DNA from: Podarcis muralis
Lineage: Eukaryota
Length of the DNA: 64,000 nt
Reading direction: 5' to 3'
Assembly: GCF_964188315.1 (NCBI RefSeq)
Contig: NC_135667.1
Span: 27,218,001 to 27,282,000, forward strand
Under the pieces are notes generated by a model that was not told where the DNA came from, ran no database searches, and saw only the letters and a list, made by a program, of their open reading frames with translations. Position 1 is the stretch's first letter, and each line of letters opens with the position of its first letter. The position numbers and the translations under genes are program-made. Of this stretch, positions 33,905 through 45,999 are shown piece after piece.

Positions 33905-34152
33905 AGAAGAAGAAGAAGAGTTTGGACTTGATATCCCGCCTTTCACTCCCTTTAAGGAGTCTCAAAGCGGCTAACATTCTCCTTTCCCTTCCTCCCCCAC
34001 AACAAACACTCTGTGAGGTGAGTGGGGCTGGGAGACTTCAGAGAAGTGTGACTGGCCCAAGGTCACCCAGCAGCTGCATGTGGAGGAGCAGAGATGCGAA
34101 CCCGGTTCCCCAGATTACGTGACTACCGCTCTTAACCACTACACCACACTGG
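33905..34152 (-). mobile_element. MIR-like CORE SINE with L2-type tail (Squam3-like)
   Basis: tRNA-like head ccagtgtggtgtagtggttaagagc, core cccaaggtcacccagc, (CTT)n tail; a degraded relative lies at ~42630-42810. Confidence 0.8.
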
Positions 34153-36780
34153 TTCTACAATGAGCTCAGCTTTTTAGACTTAATGAGTATGAGTCAGCTA
34201 AAGTTGACCACTTTAAATTTCCATTGATTTTAGTGGTATTTAAGATTGGGTTTAATTCTGCCACTGGCATCCATACGAATTACGTGTTTCGCTCTGATGA
34301 TTGTAGCTTGTTTAGCTTTGGTGCCTGTTGTAGACATGTGCTTCCTTTATAGGACCACGACACAGCACATGCCAATTTGCTAAAAAGTAAGTTTAGCAGG
34401 TAACCCAAAGTACTGTAGAGCTGGCAGTTAACAGATACAAGTCTTTTCTGCAGTTATAAGTAAACTGGGGGTGGGATTTCCCAGGCAGTCACAGCCACAG
34501 CCTATGAATGTGAGGTCACAATGGGTAGATGAGGTCACAAATCCAGTCTCTGGTGACGGTCATGTTGCCTATGGTGATTAATCAGGTTATCCCTGCATCC
34601 CATTGCTAAGGTGCAGTTGAGGTTGAAGGATTGAGGAGCAGGTTCACTTCACTCATTGTCTCAATGGCATTTCGGCACCAGGACATCTTCAGAGTACCGG
34701 TACTCATTTTCTCAAGGTGCATAGTATTGCTGAATAAGAAAGGAAGGATTCCTGTATATTTCCCATTCATATTTTATCCCATGTCTCTTTAGGTCTGTAT
34801 CTTGTGCTTTACTATAGAATTAGGCTATGTAACAGCTTTATATAGCACTGTTTAAAGCAGGAATAGGGAACATGTGGCTGCTACTATCATCATCAATAAG
34901 ATTTATATGCCACTTAATATACAAAATACCTAAGTGGTTTACATAAAGCATAGTAAGGTAAGAAAAATAAAAATGTATGTACAACATTTAAAACCAAAAA
35001 TACAAAGAAATACATGAGTAAAAACAGAAAAGCTATCAATAAAGCATTCAGTTAAATATCAATAAATAATAGAACATGGTGAATCTGATGAGCCTGGGAA
35101 TGCCAGCTTAAATAGATGGGTCTTCAGGAAGTGTTTAAAGTTTGAAACTCTTTCTGCCTCATGAACTGTGCATGGAAGCGTGTTTGACCACTGGCTATGT
35201 TGACAATAGCTGGAGTGGCACAGGTTCCCTGGTTTAAAAAATAAACCCAGCAGCAGGATTTTGGAGGTTCTCAGACAAGGCATCTCTGTGGGACCCCTTA
35301 ACTTGAGTTCTCCACATTTTATGGTAGATCATTGCAGCTATTCTGTAGCCGGACATTTTATTCAGGACAACCAGAATATCAGTTGGAGTACCCCAGTATA
35401 TTTATTTTGCTTCATAGTGTTAAATACAAATAAAAAGTACAAAAAAATTAAATAAGGGCTTAGAGCTCATCAGTTATTCCGGTGCCTTTTCATTCATTAG
35501 CCAGAAAACAATAGAAGGCAACAGCAATTTTATTTTTAGAGAGCAACTGGACAAAAGTCTGTCTGGGTGCTTTCCAGGAAAAAAGACTAGAGACTTAGGT
35601 TTTTTTTATTTAAAAAAACAGCTGAACATTCAGGAGAGAGGCCAGGAATATTTCTGAGGAGCCACATCCTTGTTCCACCCACCCTTAAGGGTTGTGATAG
35701 TCATGATAGGCATGTAAGTGGTTCTGTTCAGGCAGCTGAGTCCTTGACGGGTGCCAGCACAAAGTGAAATAACCTGCAACCGTTGCAAACTATAGAAATC
35801 ATTTTGGTTCAAGCTGAAGACAGTTGCCCCAGTCCAACAAGAGATCCTTACAGGTAAGCAGCCTTCTGCATGCCACTAATGTGCATTTTAAAACTGTTTT
35901 CACTCCACTCTTTGAGCTGAAAAAGGCTCCGAGAGCAGGTTTCAATTATCAGTAATGAGACTCATGTTCACCCATGACCCTCCAGCATTTTGAATAAAAC
36001 ATTTTTGCAAAAGGCTATTTGAAGAGCACAGATGGTTGTGTTTATGAGTGCACATGAGAAACGCCCAACAAATGGTACTTATTGTTCCTGTCTTAGCGCT
36101 TCTGTCCTTTTCTTACATACACCAGGCCTAACTCAGCTGATAGGCGGACAGGTTTTGCTTCGCAGCAAGTCTAGCGGCCCAGACTTCACTTAAGCTTTTG
36201 GCTTACTTACTTAAAACCATCTGAGTGGTTTTACTGAACTGTTCCTCAAAAGATAGTGCCATCTCCAGCATGGCGAGTTTGCTCTTCTCCTGCTGATGCA
36301 CATCACTCCACCATATATATTTTATGGATGAGCCTCAGTGGGATGAGGATGCCTTGGCCCACAGGATCTTAAGATCCTTGTAAACCTATAATTCATCAGA
36401 AAACAGGACAACCTTTATCCCATACACCCCCTAATTCAATCTCCTTGTGAGCAAGGCTGAGCCAAAACTTGCTAGAAACTGTATGATCCTTCCTATGCCT
36501 CAGGCAACACCATGCTGAAGGCCGCAGGTTGACAGCTGTTGCAAATCTGCTGTAAAAGGTGTCTTTCAGACGAGTAGGAAGCATCCATCATACAAAACAG
36601 TATTTATTTACAGGTACAGATTATATGCAAATGGTGATAGGGAAGGCGGCGAGTGCCAACCGGCCAGCCAAACTGGAGGACCCAGAGTTCTGGCGCACAG
36701 CTTAGCCGCAGGGACCATCACACAGCCTGAGGCTGAGAGTGCACCAAACAGGGAAAGGTCAGTTTTGGCCCGCCCCAAAG

Positions 36781-37336
36781 TTACTCAAGGTCATTGAGGA
36801 GCTGCAGTTCAAAGACCTGCAGGTGTTCCTTGAGCCGTCGATGTGCCTCGGCGCTGTGCGGCCGCCGCTCGCGCTGAAGCTCACAGATCCGAAGGCGGAG
36901 TCGCTGTTCTCGGCGCCGGCAGGCCTGGAGCTGCCGCTGCGCCTTCCCCAGAGCATCGAGGGCCGCCTCCGCTCGCCGCTTCCACAGCAAGGCACTGCCG
37001 ACCTGGTAGCTGTGCTCGTTCTGGATGTAAGCCCCAGCTGGGGGAGGAAGGCGCAACATATAGAGAGAGAGGGAAACGGGGTGGGATGAATCCCCCACAG
37101 GCTCCGGGAGGGCCGGAGAAGGAGAAGCTTCTTCCTGGCCAGTAGCAGCGGGTGACTGTTCCAGGGGAATGTCTGACAGGGTGGCCAGGCTCTCTGACGC
37201 CGGCCCCGGGAGGTCAGGCTGGCTTCGAGGCTCGCCGCTGGTGGGAGCAGCCCCAGGGCTTGGCAGCTCTTGTGCAGGGAAGCAGGAGATGTCCATGCAC
37301 AAAGGACTCGACTCCTCCTCCAGGCAAGGGCTGCAG
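36781..37336 (-). CDS. THAP7: THAP7 coding exon 4 (HCF-1 binding motif and coiled coil)
   Basis: YMLRLPPPAGAYIQNEHSYQVGSALLWKRRAEAALDAL.KAQRQLQAC.RREQRLRLR is nearly identical to human THAP7; acceptor ttccttgcctacag at 37337; AATAAA at ~36603-36608. Confidence 0.95.
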
Positions 37337-37684
37337 CTGTAGGCAAGGAACAGAACCCTGGTCAGACAGGAACCGAGTGGGGAAGATCTGCCACACTTTT
37401 ATGACAGGTATAGTGACAAGCAGAGGAGGACAAAATTGGACATGCCCTTGTTCCAGATGCTTCCCGAAATAACCCAAGCATGCCAGCATGGAGCAATAAC
37501 TGTGGTCCAACTTCAACTGGAGGGCGGCAGCTTCCCTACCCCTGCAGTAAGGCAGCAATTCTCTGTGCACACTTCCGAAGAAGCAAGCCCCACTAAACAT
37601 CATTAACATTCACAGGATGGTACAGGAAGGGAGGGAAGACCTTCCACGGAGCATGGCAAAAGAAGCCAGAAGGGCAGTACTCAC

Positions 37685-37801
37685 CTCTGCTTCTGCTGAC
37701 GTTTCGCGAGTTTCGAGTTGCCTAGCTTTGATTTTTGGCGCAGTTTGGTGTGAAGTTCAAATATTGTGGGAACAGCACCCTCTTTGAGCCGATGGTAGCC
37801 A
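37685..37801 (-). CDS. THAP7: THAP7 coding exon 3
   Basis: GYHRLKEGAVPTIFE; canonical AG/GT sites; phase 2-2. Confidence 0.95.
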
Positions 37802-38609
37802 CTGCAAAAAGGAGCATCAACACTCATAAGCCATCATCTGAACTACAGACCTTGCAGCAAGACATCTCTTTTTGGGGAGCTGCTGGGTTCTGAGAGGTGC
37901 TAGCTGCACCTGCGGTTAGCCAGTTATATTTCTGCATTGCAATGGTTTCCCTCTAGATCTCTGCACATGCAACTGCATGTGCGGAGTCCCAAATAAACAG
38001 AATGAGCTTTGTAAGTAACACATGCTGCTTAAATTCTGATTTCTCTCCACAAATCTCAATGGAGATAATCCAGTGTGACCTCCACAATACAGCACTCCCA
38101 CTTGCTTATTCTCCTAAGAAGATATAAAATTGCTTTATAAGGAGTCGGACCATTATTGCCCACTACTATTTGCTCTCAGTGATACTTAAGTAGTATGTAT
38201 TGGGAAAAGCCTCTTCCTGAGTCCTTAAGATCCTCACACACCTTCATTACTTTATCAAACTGATCTAACAGGTCTTGGTGACTTGGGTATGTCTAGGTTT
38301 ATCTACATCTACACAGCATCTACACATTGGATTCTGCCCTCACCCCCCAAAAAAGTATTTAAATTGAAAGCTGGTCACCCTGAATAAACCACAGAGCGGG
38401 TCTTCCATGACAGCTTTCTGGCCATCAACAATTGTTCCCCCCACCCCGCCGGCCTTTAAGTCATTTCTAGCTCCCTTCTCCACCCCCTCTGCAAGCAGCA
38501 CCTTTGCCAATGGCAAATGTATAATCTAAGACATTGTATAATCTAAGACATATCCACCTGTTTTAATTCTGCTTAACTGTTCATGCCCTTTCATATTCCA
38601 GTGACCTAC

Positions 38610-38762
38610 CTGGTGCCCACCAGTTCGAAGCAACTCTTCTCAAAGTGCTTGGAGCAAAAGTAAACATACTTGGAAGCAGGGTCCCAAAGACCCTGGCCGC
38701 TCATGTCCTTCCTCCGACAATTCTCCAACCACATCGCTCGCCGGGGGTTGTCCTTTGGAAGT
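38610..38762 (-). CDS. THAP7: THAP7 coding exon 2 (THAP domain)
   Basis: LPKDNPRRAMWLENC...SGQGLWDPASKYVYFCSKHFEKSCFELVG; canonical splice sites. Confidence 0.96.
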
Positions 38763-39403
38763 CTAGGAGCACACACAGGAGGTGAGTCAGGCAAGGATGA
38801 GTAGCAGAGTGCAGCAAAACAATGGAGGCCTTCTTCCCAGGCACAAGGACATTTGTCTAAAAATGTCATCCCAGGAGCTTCCCTGTCATGTGGACTTATG
38901 TGCATCATAGAGCAAAAGTATGATTTGATTGCATGGAATAACAATTGCTCTGAGTGAGTTGCTTAATGTCAAACTGAGTCTGACTGATCCCTTGGGACTC
39001 CAGATCCTTGGCTAACATAAGAGTCTTTCCCAGGCTGGAAAAAGAACTACAGCATCATTCTAGCCCTTTAACGCTAGGAGACACTACAAGGATATCTGAA
39101 TTACTATTTCCAAAGATTATGGCTGTTCTGCCAACAGTATCACTGCGGTGCAAAAGGAAAGTAAGTGTAGCTAGGTAAAATATTCCATAGTTTTTGGTGA
39201 AGCCACCCTACAACTTGCCCTTCCCATTCACATTTCATGCCAACAAACCCCTATCTTGAACACTTTTTTTGGTGAGGGAGAGGGCAGGACATGATTGTTA
39301 CTTTAAAAAAGAAGTATGCATATTACAGCTTCTGTTTGTGCGAAATCTGCTTAAGGTACCATAAAAAGGCACTGTGAACTTCAGAAATGATAACAGGGAA
39401 ATA

Positions 39404-40041
39404 CAGTGGTACCTTGGTTCTCAAACACCTTGGTACTCAAACACCGAAAACCCTGAAGTAAGTGTTCCGATTTTTGAATATTTTTCGGAAGCTGAACATC
39501 TGGTGCGGCTGTCGGCTATTGTTTCTGGGGCACCTGCACCAATCAGAAGTTGCGCCTTGGTTTTTGAACATTTTGGAAGTCAAACAGACTTCCGGAATGG
39601 ATAAAATTTGGTGCTTTTGTTTTTGCTATGTATTTTGCATTTTTGTTTTTTAGGCTTTTTCAGTTAATTTGTTTTTGTTACTGTGTGGAACCCAGTTTAG
39701 CTACTGATTGATTGACTGTGTGACTGCGGAAGTGGATAAAAGCCCCCCATCCAAACAATGACTATCATCAGTGCAGGTAAGAAAAAAAACTAATTTTAAT
39801 TTTTATCATCTACAATACTGTCTTATTTATTTTATAGTATAGTGCGTTGATTATTGCTTTCATTTTATGGATCAATGATCTTGTTAGATAGTAAAATTCA
39901 TGTTAAATTGCTGTTTTAGGGGTTGTTTTTAAAAGTCTGGAACAGATTACTCTGTTTTGCACTACTTTCTATGGGAAAGCACGCCTTGGTTTTGGAACGG
40001 ACTTCCGGAACGGATTAAGTTTGAGAACCAAGGTACCATTG
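39404..40041. mobile_element. Tigger/pogo-like MITE in a THAP7 intron
   Basis: TA-CAGTGGTACCTTGGTTCTCAAAC...GTTTGAGAACCAAGGTACCATTG-TA. Confidence 0.88.
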
Positions 40042-40230
40042 TAATGGAAAGATCTTCAACTAGTCAAAGGAGTGACAGCAGGAATCTGGTAGGTTTTCTT
40101 AGCCTTTCCTCTGCCTTGTGACAGCTCTAACTTTGGATCAATGGCTACACACACACACACTTTATTTTCTGCCATGAGCTCCTCAAGGAAGGGTGGGACA
40201 GAAATATAAGAAGAAATACTAATATCCCCA

Positions 40231-40591
40231 GGAGACGCGGGTGGCGCTGTGGGTTAAACCACTGAGCCTAGGGCTTGCCGATCAGAAGGTCAGCGGTTTG
40301 AATCCCCACGACGGAGTGAGCTCCCATTGCTTGGTCCCTGCTCCTGCCAACCTAGCAGTTCGAAAGCACGTCAAAGTGCAAGTAGATAAATAGGTATCGT
40401 TCTGGCAGGAAGGTAAACGGCGTTTCCGTGTGCTGCTCTGGTTCGCCAGAAGCGGCTTAGTCAAGCTGGCCACATGACCCGGAAACTGTCTGCGGACAAA
40501 CGCCGGCTCCCACGGCCCATAGAGCGAGATGAGCGCCGCAACCCCAGAGTCGGTCACGACTGGACCTAATGGTCAGGTGTCCCTTTACCTT
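40231..40591 (+). mobile_element. Full-length Sauria SINE in a THAP7 intron
   Basis: Consensus head and tail; 14-bp TSD TACTAATATCCCCA at 40217-40230 and 40592-40605. Confidence 0.95.
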
Positions 40592-40706
40592 TACTAATAT
40601 CCCCAACGTGATATTCCTGCAGACTAGTACCAGCCAGCCCTCAATTCAAAATGGGCACCATTTTAAAAGGGAGATTGGGTGGGCCCAGAATAGCATCAAC
40701 TCTCAC

Positions 40707-40786
40707 CGATGGAAGGAAATGCCTCGGTTGCGTGTCTCAGGAGTGTCACGGGTGCAGCAGCCAGTGGCAGAACAGTGGCGGGGCAT
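40707..40786 (-). CDS. THAP7: THAP7 first coding exon
   Basis: MPRHCSATGCCTRDTPETRNRGISFHR; acceptor directly before the ATG, donor GTGAGA. The four exons total 906 nt (301 aa plus stop). Confidence 0.96.
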
Positions 40787-43099
40787 CTATAAGAAAAGAG
40801 AGGAACTTTAAGACCCACACTATCCTGAAGACTCAGGGTAAGCTATAGAAGCTATTATATTTGTATTTTAAGAGGAAGGGGCATGCTGGGTATTCAGAAG
40901 CCCCAAGAGCTGACTAAGTGTGCTAAGAAAGTCCCAAAGTTCTGCAACAAGTTATCATAATTCGTTGCCAAAAGCATCTGAATTCTATAAGCTGCATAAA
41001 TTATTCTAATCAGTACAATTTATTCGCATAATCTGCTAGTTTGTCTTTTTTAGGCAGAGGTTAAGACAAGGAGCTATATAGGGAAGCGAAGTCCCACCCC
41101 ACAATATAACTACTGGAAATCATCTTCATCCACCCACCTGGTTTATGAGATTTCACCAGCATCGCAGACAAAACTTAAAGCCCACCATCACAAGACATCT
41201 AAGATTCTGAAGAAGCAGGATCCCTTGCACAGGAACACAGTAAGTTTTTCAGTCTGGCATGGAATACACACAAGCTGACTCTCAAGTCATGTAGGTTCTT
41301 CCTTTTGTTATACTTGATGAGCACCTACTCTCTGTTTGCATCTGTTTCAATTATTTTTCAAGGTACCAGAAATAACGAGGGGGAGGGAAAAAGGAAAAGC
41401 CCCCTCATATTTTCTGGGCCTCTGTATCTCTCATTGTAGAACAGCAGAAACAGCAAGGCAGCACATAACATCCTTATAACACTAAAGCAATATCCCAGAA
41501 ACCATTTAAGTAAATACACTTAGGGTTTGGACAGCTAAAAGCAGAGCAACCATCTTCAGGAATTGGCATAAGGCAGCGCAAGCCATGTATCCTTTGGAAG
41601 AAGATTACTGAAGCTCTCGTCAGAGATTACTGAATCTCTTGTAAGGGTTTGGGGTTGTGGGGGGAGACAAAGCATCAGACCAAAATGTTCAAAAACCAAA
41701 CTAGGAATCTGAAGCGAAGAGAAAATTACTTGCACAAAGCAATATAAAATTATGAATGCTGAGGAGGAAAGGATACTAGAACAGGGTCACCTAATAAAAC
41801 TGATTTGGCAGTAGGCCAAGGACAGGGAAAGGAACGTGCTTCTGCACACGGCAGATCAATGCAGTGAATTCAATACCCAGATGTGATAACTTAGTACTTA
41901 GTACTTTAAAAAGAAAAGAGCATTGAACATGTTCATGGAGAAGACCATCAACTGCTATAAGTGGATATTATTCTTCCACAGCCTCTTACATCCATATTTG
42001 GATGTACACCTCTTCCAAGTTCTCTCCAGCATTCTCTGTTGTTTGCTTCCTGCTGTTAGTTTTAGATTGTCCACCCATTGTATATGTGGCCATACCCTTC
42101 GACTTTTGAAACTGAAGGCTTCCAGTTACCAGATATTGACACAAAGCAACAGGGAATGAGAGTTGCTTTCATCCACTGCTGGGAAGCATGGGGCATTCCA
42201 GAGGATCTACTTGGCCAATGATGCATCAGTATGCTGGCCTAAATAGATCCAATGTAACATGGTAGCTGAAGTATAAGCTCTCAGAGATCTTAACTCTCCA
42301 GTTTTTGGCTTAGGCATTATTTTCATTTGCACGGCATTTCATTTTATGATGCTAGGGCTGAATTTTCTTCCCTCGCAGCCAAGTTGGCTCACATTTGGAT
42401 GTTGCAGATATCACTTAGGTTGCACTAGAGGCAAGGTGGTGCCCAACAACAACGGAATCCAGACAAGGATACAAATAGGAATACGGAGAGCAGAAGCTGA
42501 TGCTGAGAAAATACAGCGGTACGAGATAGGAATGAGAAAACACTGCTCTTAAGTGAAACAGAGAGAGGCCTAGACAGAAGGTTTCATACATCTCACAGCC
42601 ATTCAGCTCATTCAGCTGCTGATCTCCTAAGGGGTTATTTATTTTTAAAACCTGTATCCCACCCATCCCCCTGGGGGTTCATGCCTCCGGCGCTCTTCCA
42701 CTTTCGCCACTCACTTCAACCCTCACAAACAACACAGTGAGGTGGGTGGCTAGTTCAAGGTCACCCTAACCAGCTTCAGAGCCAAATAGTGGGGGAATGA
42801 AGCCAGGATTCCCACCCCACACAACTCCCCCCCCCCCCACACCCCAAGGTCCTAGTCTGACCCTTTTAATACCAGCCCACAGGCAGCTGAAAACAGACTG
42901 GCGACGCCCTTACATTCACACGCTTTCACCCACCCGACCGTGGAAGTCCTAACGTGCATCAGTAATTGGGGGCCAGCGGAGGGCAAGGAAAGGCATGGAG
43001 GGTTTGGGAGGTTTTTTTGCCAATTACGCCCATTATTCCGGGTTAGCTAATATGGAATGAAATGGGAAGAACGTTTGAGTGACAGGAACTGAGGACCAT

Positions 43100-44120
43100 C
43101 CCAAAGGGACGGGGAAGGGAATGTCATGAGCCGCCTCCTGCCCCCCCCCCCGCAAGGAAAGGGACATTCCAGAGTTTGAAATGACTGGGGGGGGATGTGC
43201 AGAGCAAAAGGGGCGGGGCCACAGCAGGTCTCCATCTCTCTCTCCCCCCCCCACCGGGAAAGGAGGAAAAGCGGCCAAAATGCCCCTCCTCCCCCTGCCC
43301 ACCGCCGAGAACGGAGACGCAGAGGAAGGGCTCGGGGCGGAGAAGTCGGGTGAGCGGGTCACTAATTTTTATTTTATTGGTTTCTCTCCTCACCTCCCCA
43401 CTCCCATTGCTCGGGGCACCGCCGTCGCGGCTTCGAAGCTGACAGGGGGAATCTCAGCACCTTCTCGCGAGAATAGGTGCGCGAGCAAGCGAGGACCTAG
43501 AGATAGGAAAAAGTAAAGAGAGCCCCCTCGGCGGCGGCCATTTCCGCTCTCGAATCCCATTCGCTCAGGCGTTCAGAATGCAAGGATTGCTTCCCCCGTA
43601 GAGCAAAGAGCCAACGCAAGAGATCACAACGCTTTTATGAAAAGCATTTTAGTCTGCAATCCTAGACGTCTTTGCCCGAGGGTAGGACAACCTAGGGGGT
43701 TGCGTCTTGTGCATTACAGGAAGTTCAGGCTGCGCGCTTTTCTCACCTTTTCCTATCTCTAGGGAGCGAGATTGCAGCTCCTACGTATCACCTGACCAAT
43801 CCCCCTCTCGCCATTCTAGGCGCTTGTGGTGTTGCTTCCGGGCAGCCTGGCGCAACGTAACCTCCCGCCTCCCTCCTCCCAACCCCACCCTCAGTCATTA
43901 CAGCCAATCAAAGACCGCCCCCTTCAGATCAAATGCGGGTTCTAAAAGAAAAGAAAAAAGCATAACGGATTGCGTGCGCATGAAAAGGCGGGTACCGTCG
44001 CCCCCTGGGCCAATCACAAGCGCGCCAAAGCACCCCGGCAGGAGGCGCGCGAGCCTGGGGGCCAACTGTCAGTGGGCCGGTTTGCTTTTAAAGCGGTTCT
44101 GTCCATTTAGACAAGGCAGC
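43100..44120 (-). promoter_or_regulatory. CpG-island promoter of THAP7, with a putative 5' UTR exon ending at 43394
   Basis: CpG-rich; TCTCGCGAGA (43463-43472); YY1-like GCGGCCATTT (~43535); three CCAAT boxes (~43796, 43903, 44010); GC boxes; NRF1-like TGCGTGCGCA; minus-strand donor GAG/GTGAGG at 43393. Confidence 0.75.
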
Positions 44121-44199
44121 CTTTGCCCAAAAGTTCACAAGCTGATAGACATGACACCAAAAGAGGGGAAGAGAGAAAGAAGCAGACTCGAGTGACAGT

Positions 44200-44600
44200 T
44201 ATTAAAGTTAGAGAGCAAGTTCCTATCTACCAATTTCGCATGGGTCCCTCTACCTATGGAATATGCAGAAATGGCGAAACTTACCGCGAGAATAAGAAAT
44301 CAAGATAACAGACTTTTTATAAAAGAGTAGAAATTATTGAATATTTACAGATAAATTGCAAACAGATAAAAACATTAGCAGGATTATTGTAATAACCTGC
44401 AGTTTCATAAGAGTATATATTTAAAGTAGATAATTAAATGGGCAAATTAAATGAATTTGGATATGCAGAAGATATTAAAACAAATTTCAGGAACTGCAGA
44501 AAGAGGGGAAAGGAAGTCAAACTTCGAAATGTTAAATTGATTGTAAAACTAATGAAATGTATAAGCTTGAAAAGTATAAATAAAAACTTTTTTTTAAAAA
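44200..44600 (+). mobile_element. L1-clade LINE 3' fragment
   Basis: Degraded ...YAEMAKLTARIRNQ...EYLQINCKQIKTLAGLL* plus AT-rich UTR and A tail. Confidence 0.65.
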
Positions 44601-44686
44601 AAAGCGACTCCTACCTATCCAGAAGGTCCCTATCCCTGCTCTTGCATTCCCTCCCTTTAAGCTATGTAAAGGGCCACAGACAAGAA

Positions 44687-44832
44687 TATTGTTATGGGTA
44701 CATGGGCTTCTTAGCCATGTTCAGATTTTTTACTGCAGTTTTTGCTAGGGGAAAATATGTTTACAACTTCAATGAAGCCAAATTTATCACCCTCAGCATG
44801 TTATTATTTTGTAGTGTTTGGATATATTCTAG
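44687..44832 (+). pseudogene. V2R remnant (TM5-TM6)
   Basis: [11 protein letters not shown]...[21 protein letters not shown] aligns with [12 protein letters not shown]...[21 protein letters not shown] of the intact V2R. Confidence 0.85.
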
Positions 44833-45107
44833 CTTTTTTATTCTTCCCCCACTCTACTGGAACTGAACAAATATGCCATGCTTTCTTCAGAATTTATGGT
44901 TGGGGTATTATAGTTTCAGTGGTGTACAAACTCATTATCTTGAGTATTGCCTCTTTTAACGGGCCTCTTTCAATCGGACTTGAGGTGTGTTGAGTCAGTC
45001 TGTGATTAAAAATGAAAAGTTCTGCATTGTCAGCTTCAACAAACTTTGAACTTCCAGAAGTTAAACAGTGGTGAGATAAAAATATTCTTGTGTAACCCAT
45101 CTCAATA

Positions 45108-45359
45108 CAATGGTACCTCTGGTTGCAAATGGGGTCTGTTCCGGAGGCCCATTCGCAACCTGAAAAGAACGCAACCCACGCCTGCGTGTGCACGGGTCAC
45201 GATTTGCCGCTTCTGCACATTCGTGTGATGTCATTTTGTGTGTCTGTGCATGCGCAAGCGGTGAAACCCAGAAGTAACCCTCTCCGGTACTTCTGGGTTG
45301 CCACGGGACGCAACCTGAAAACGCACAACCTGAAGCAAACGTAACATGAGGTATGACTG
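45108..45359. mobile_element. Tigger/pogo-like MITE
   Basis: TA-CAATGGTACCTC...GAGGTATGACTG-TA. Confidence 0.75.
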
Positions 45360-45999
45360 TATATGGAGAAGGAACCAGGGATACCATCTTGTCCTCAGGA
45401 CTGAGGGTGCCTACCACTGCAACGCGGATGTGCGACATCACACGCATATGTACAGGCGTGTGTGTCATCGCACATCCACATGGTGATCTCTCTTCCTCCT
45501 CTCTGCAAGCAGGATCCAACACCCCCACCCCCCACCCCGGGAAAGGATGCCTTGCTGGCTGGGTGCAGAGGATGGAGCTGAACTCTCTCAGAGGCAGTGC
45601 CACTGACGCTGCCGGGTTTTCTCATTGACTTTGTGGGTGCCCAGCCCCCACAATTATAGTATTGTGCCTCCCTGGAGTTGGCTGCTATGCAAGGAACTTT
45701 TGGGTTTACTACTACTAACTGCCCTTTTGGTAAAAATGCGGAATTTCTTCAGTTTTAAAAATATCAGCTTCCACTTCCTTCCCAGGAAAGAGGAGGAGTA
45801 TTGAAAGAAACTAGACCAGAAGGCCTGATCCCAGCAATTAAGTCTTTGAAAACATTTAAGATATGGGATGTGGCAGTAGACAAGGAAATATAGGGAGAGA
45901 AGAAAATTATTTCCTTGATCCTGGCAATCTAAATTATCCTAAACATGAAAATTGTGAAATTAGAATGCTCTCCTTCTCGCACTATACCATATTCAACTA

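Noticed and set aside
44275-44290. Strong minus-strand donor as a THAP7 upstream exon
   Set aside because: It lies at the start of an L1 3' fragment outside the CpG island core; the 43393 donor fits better.
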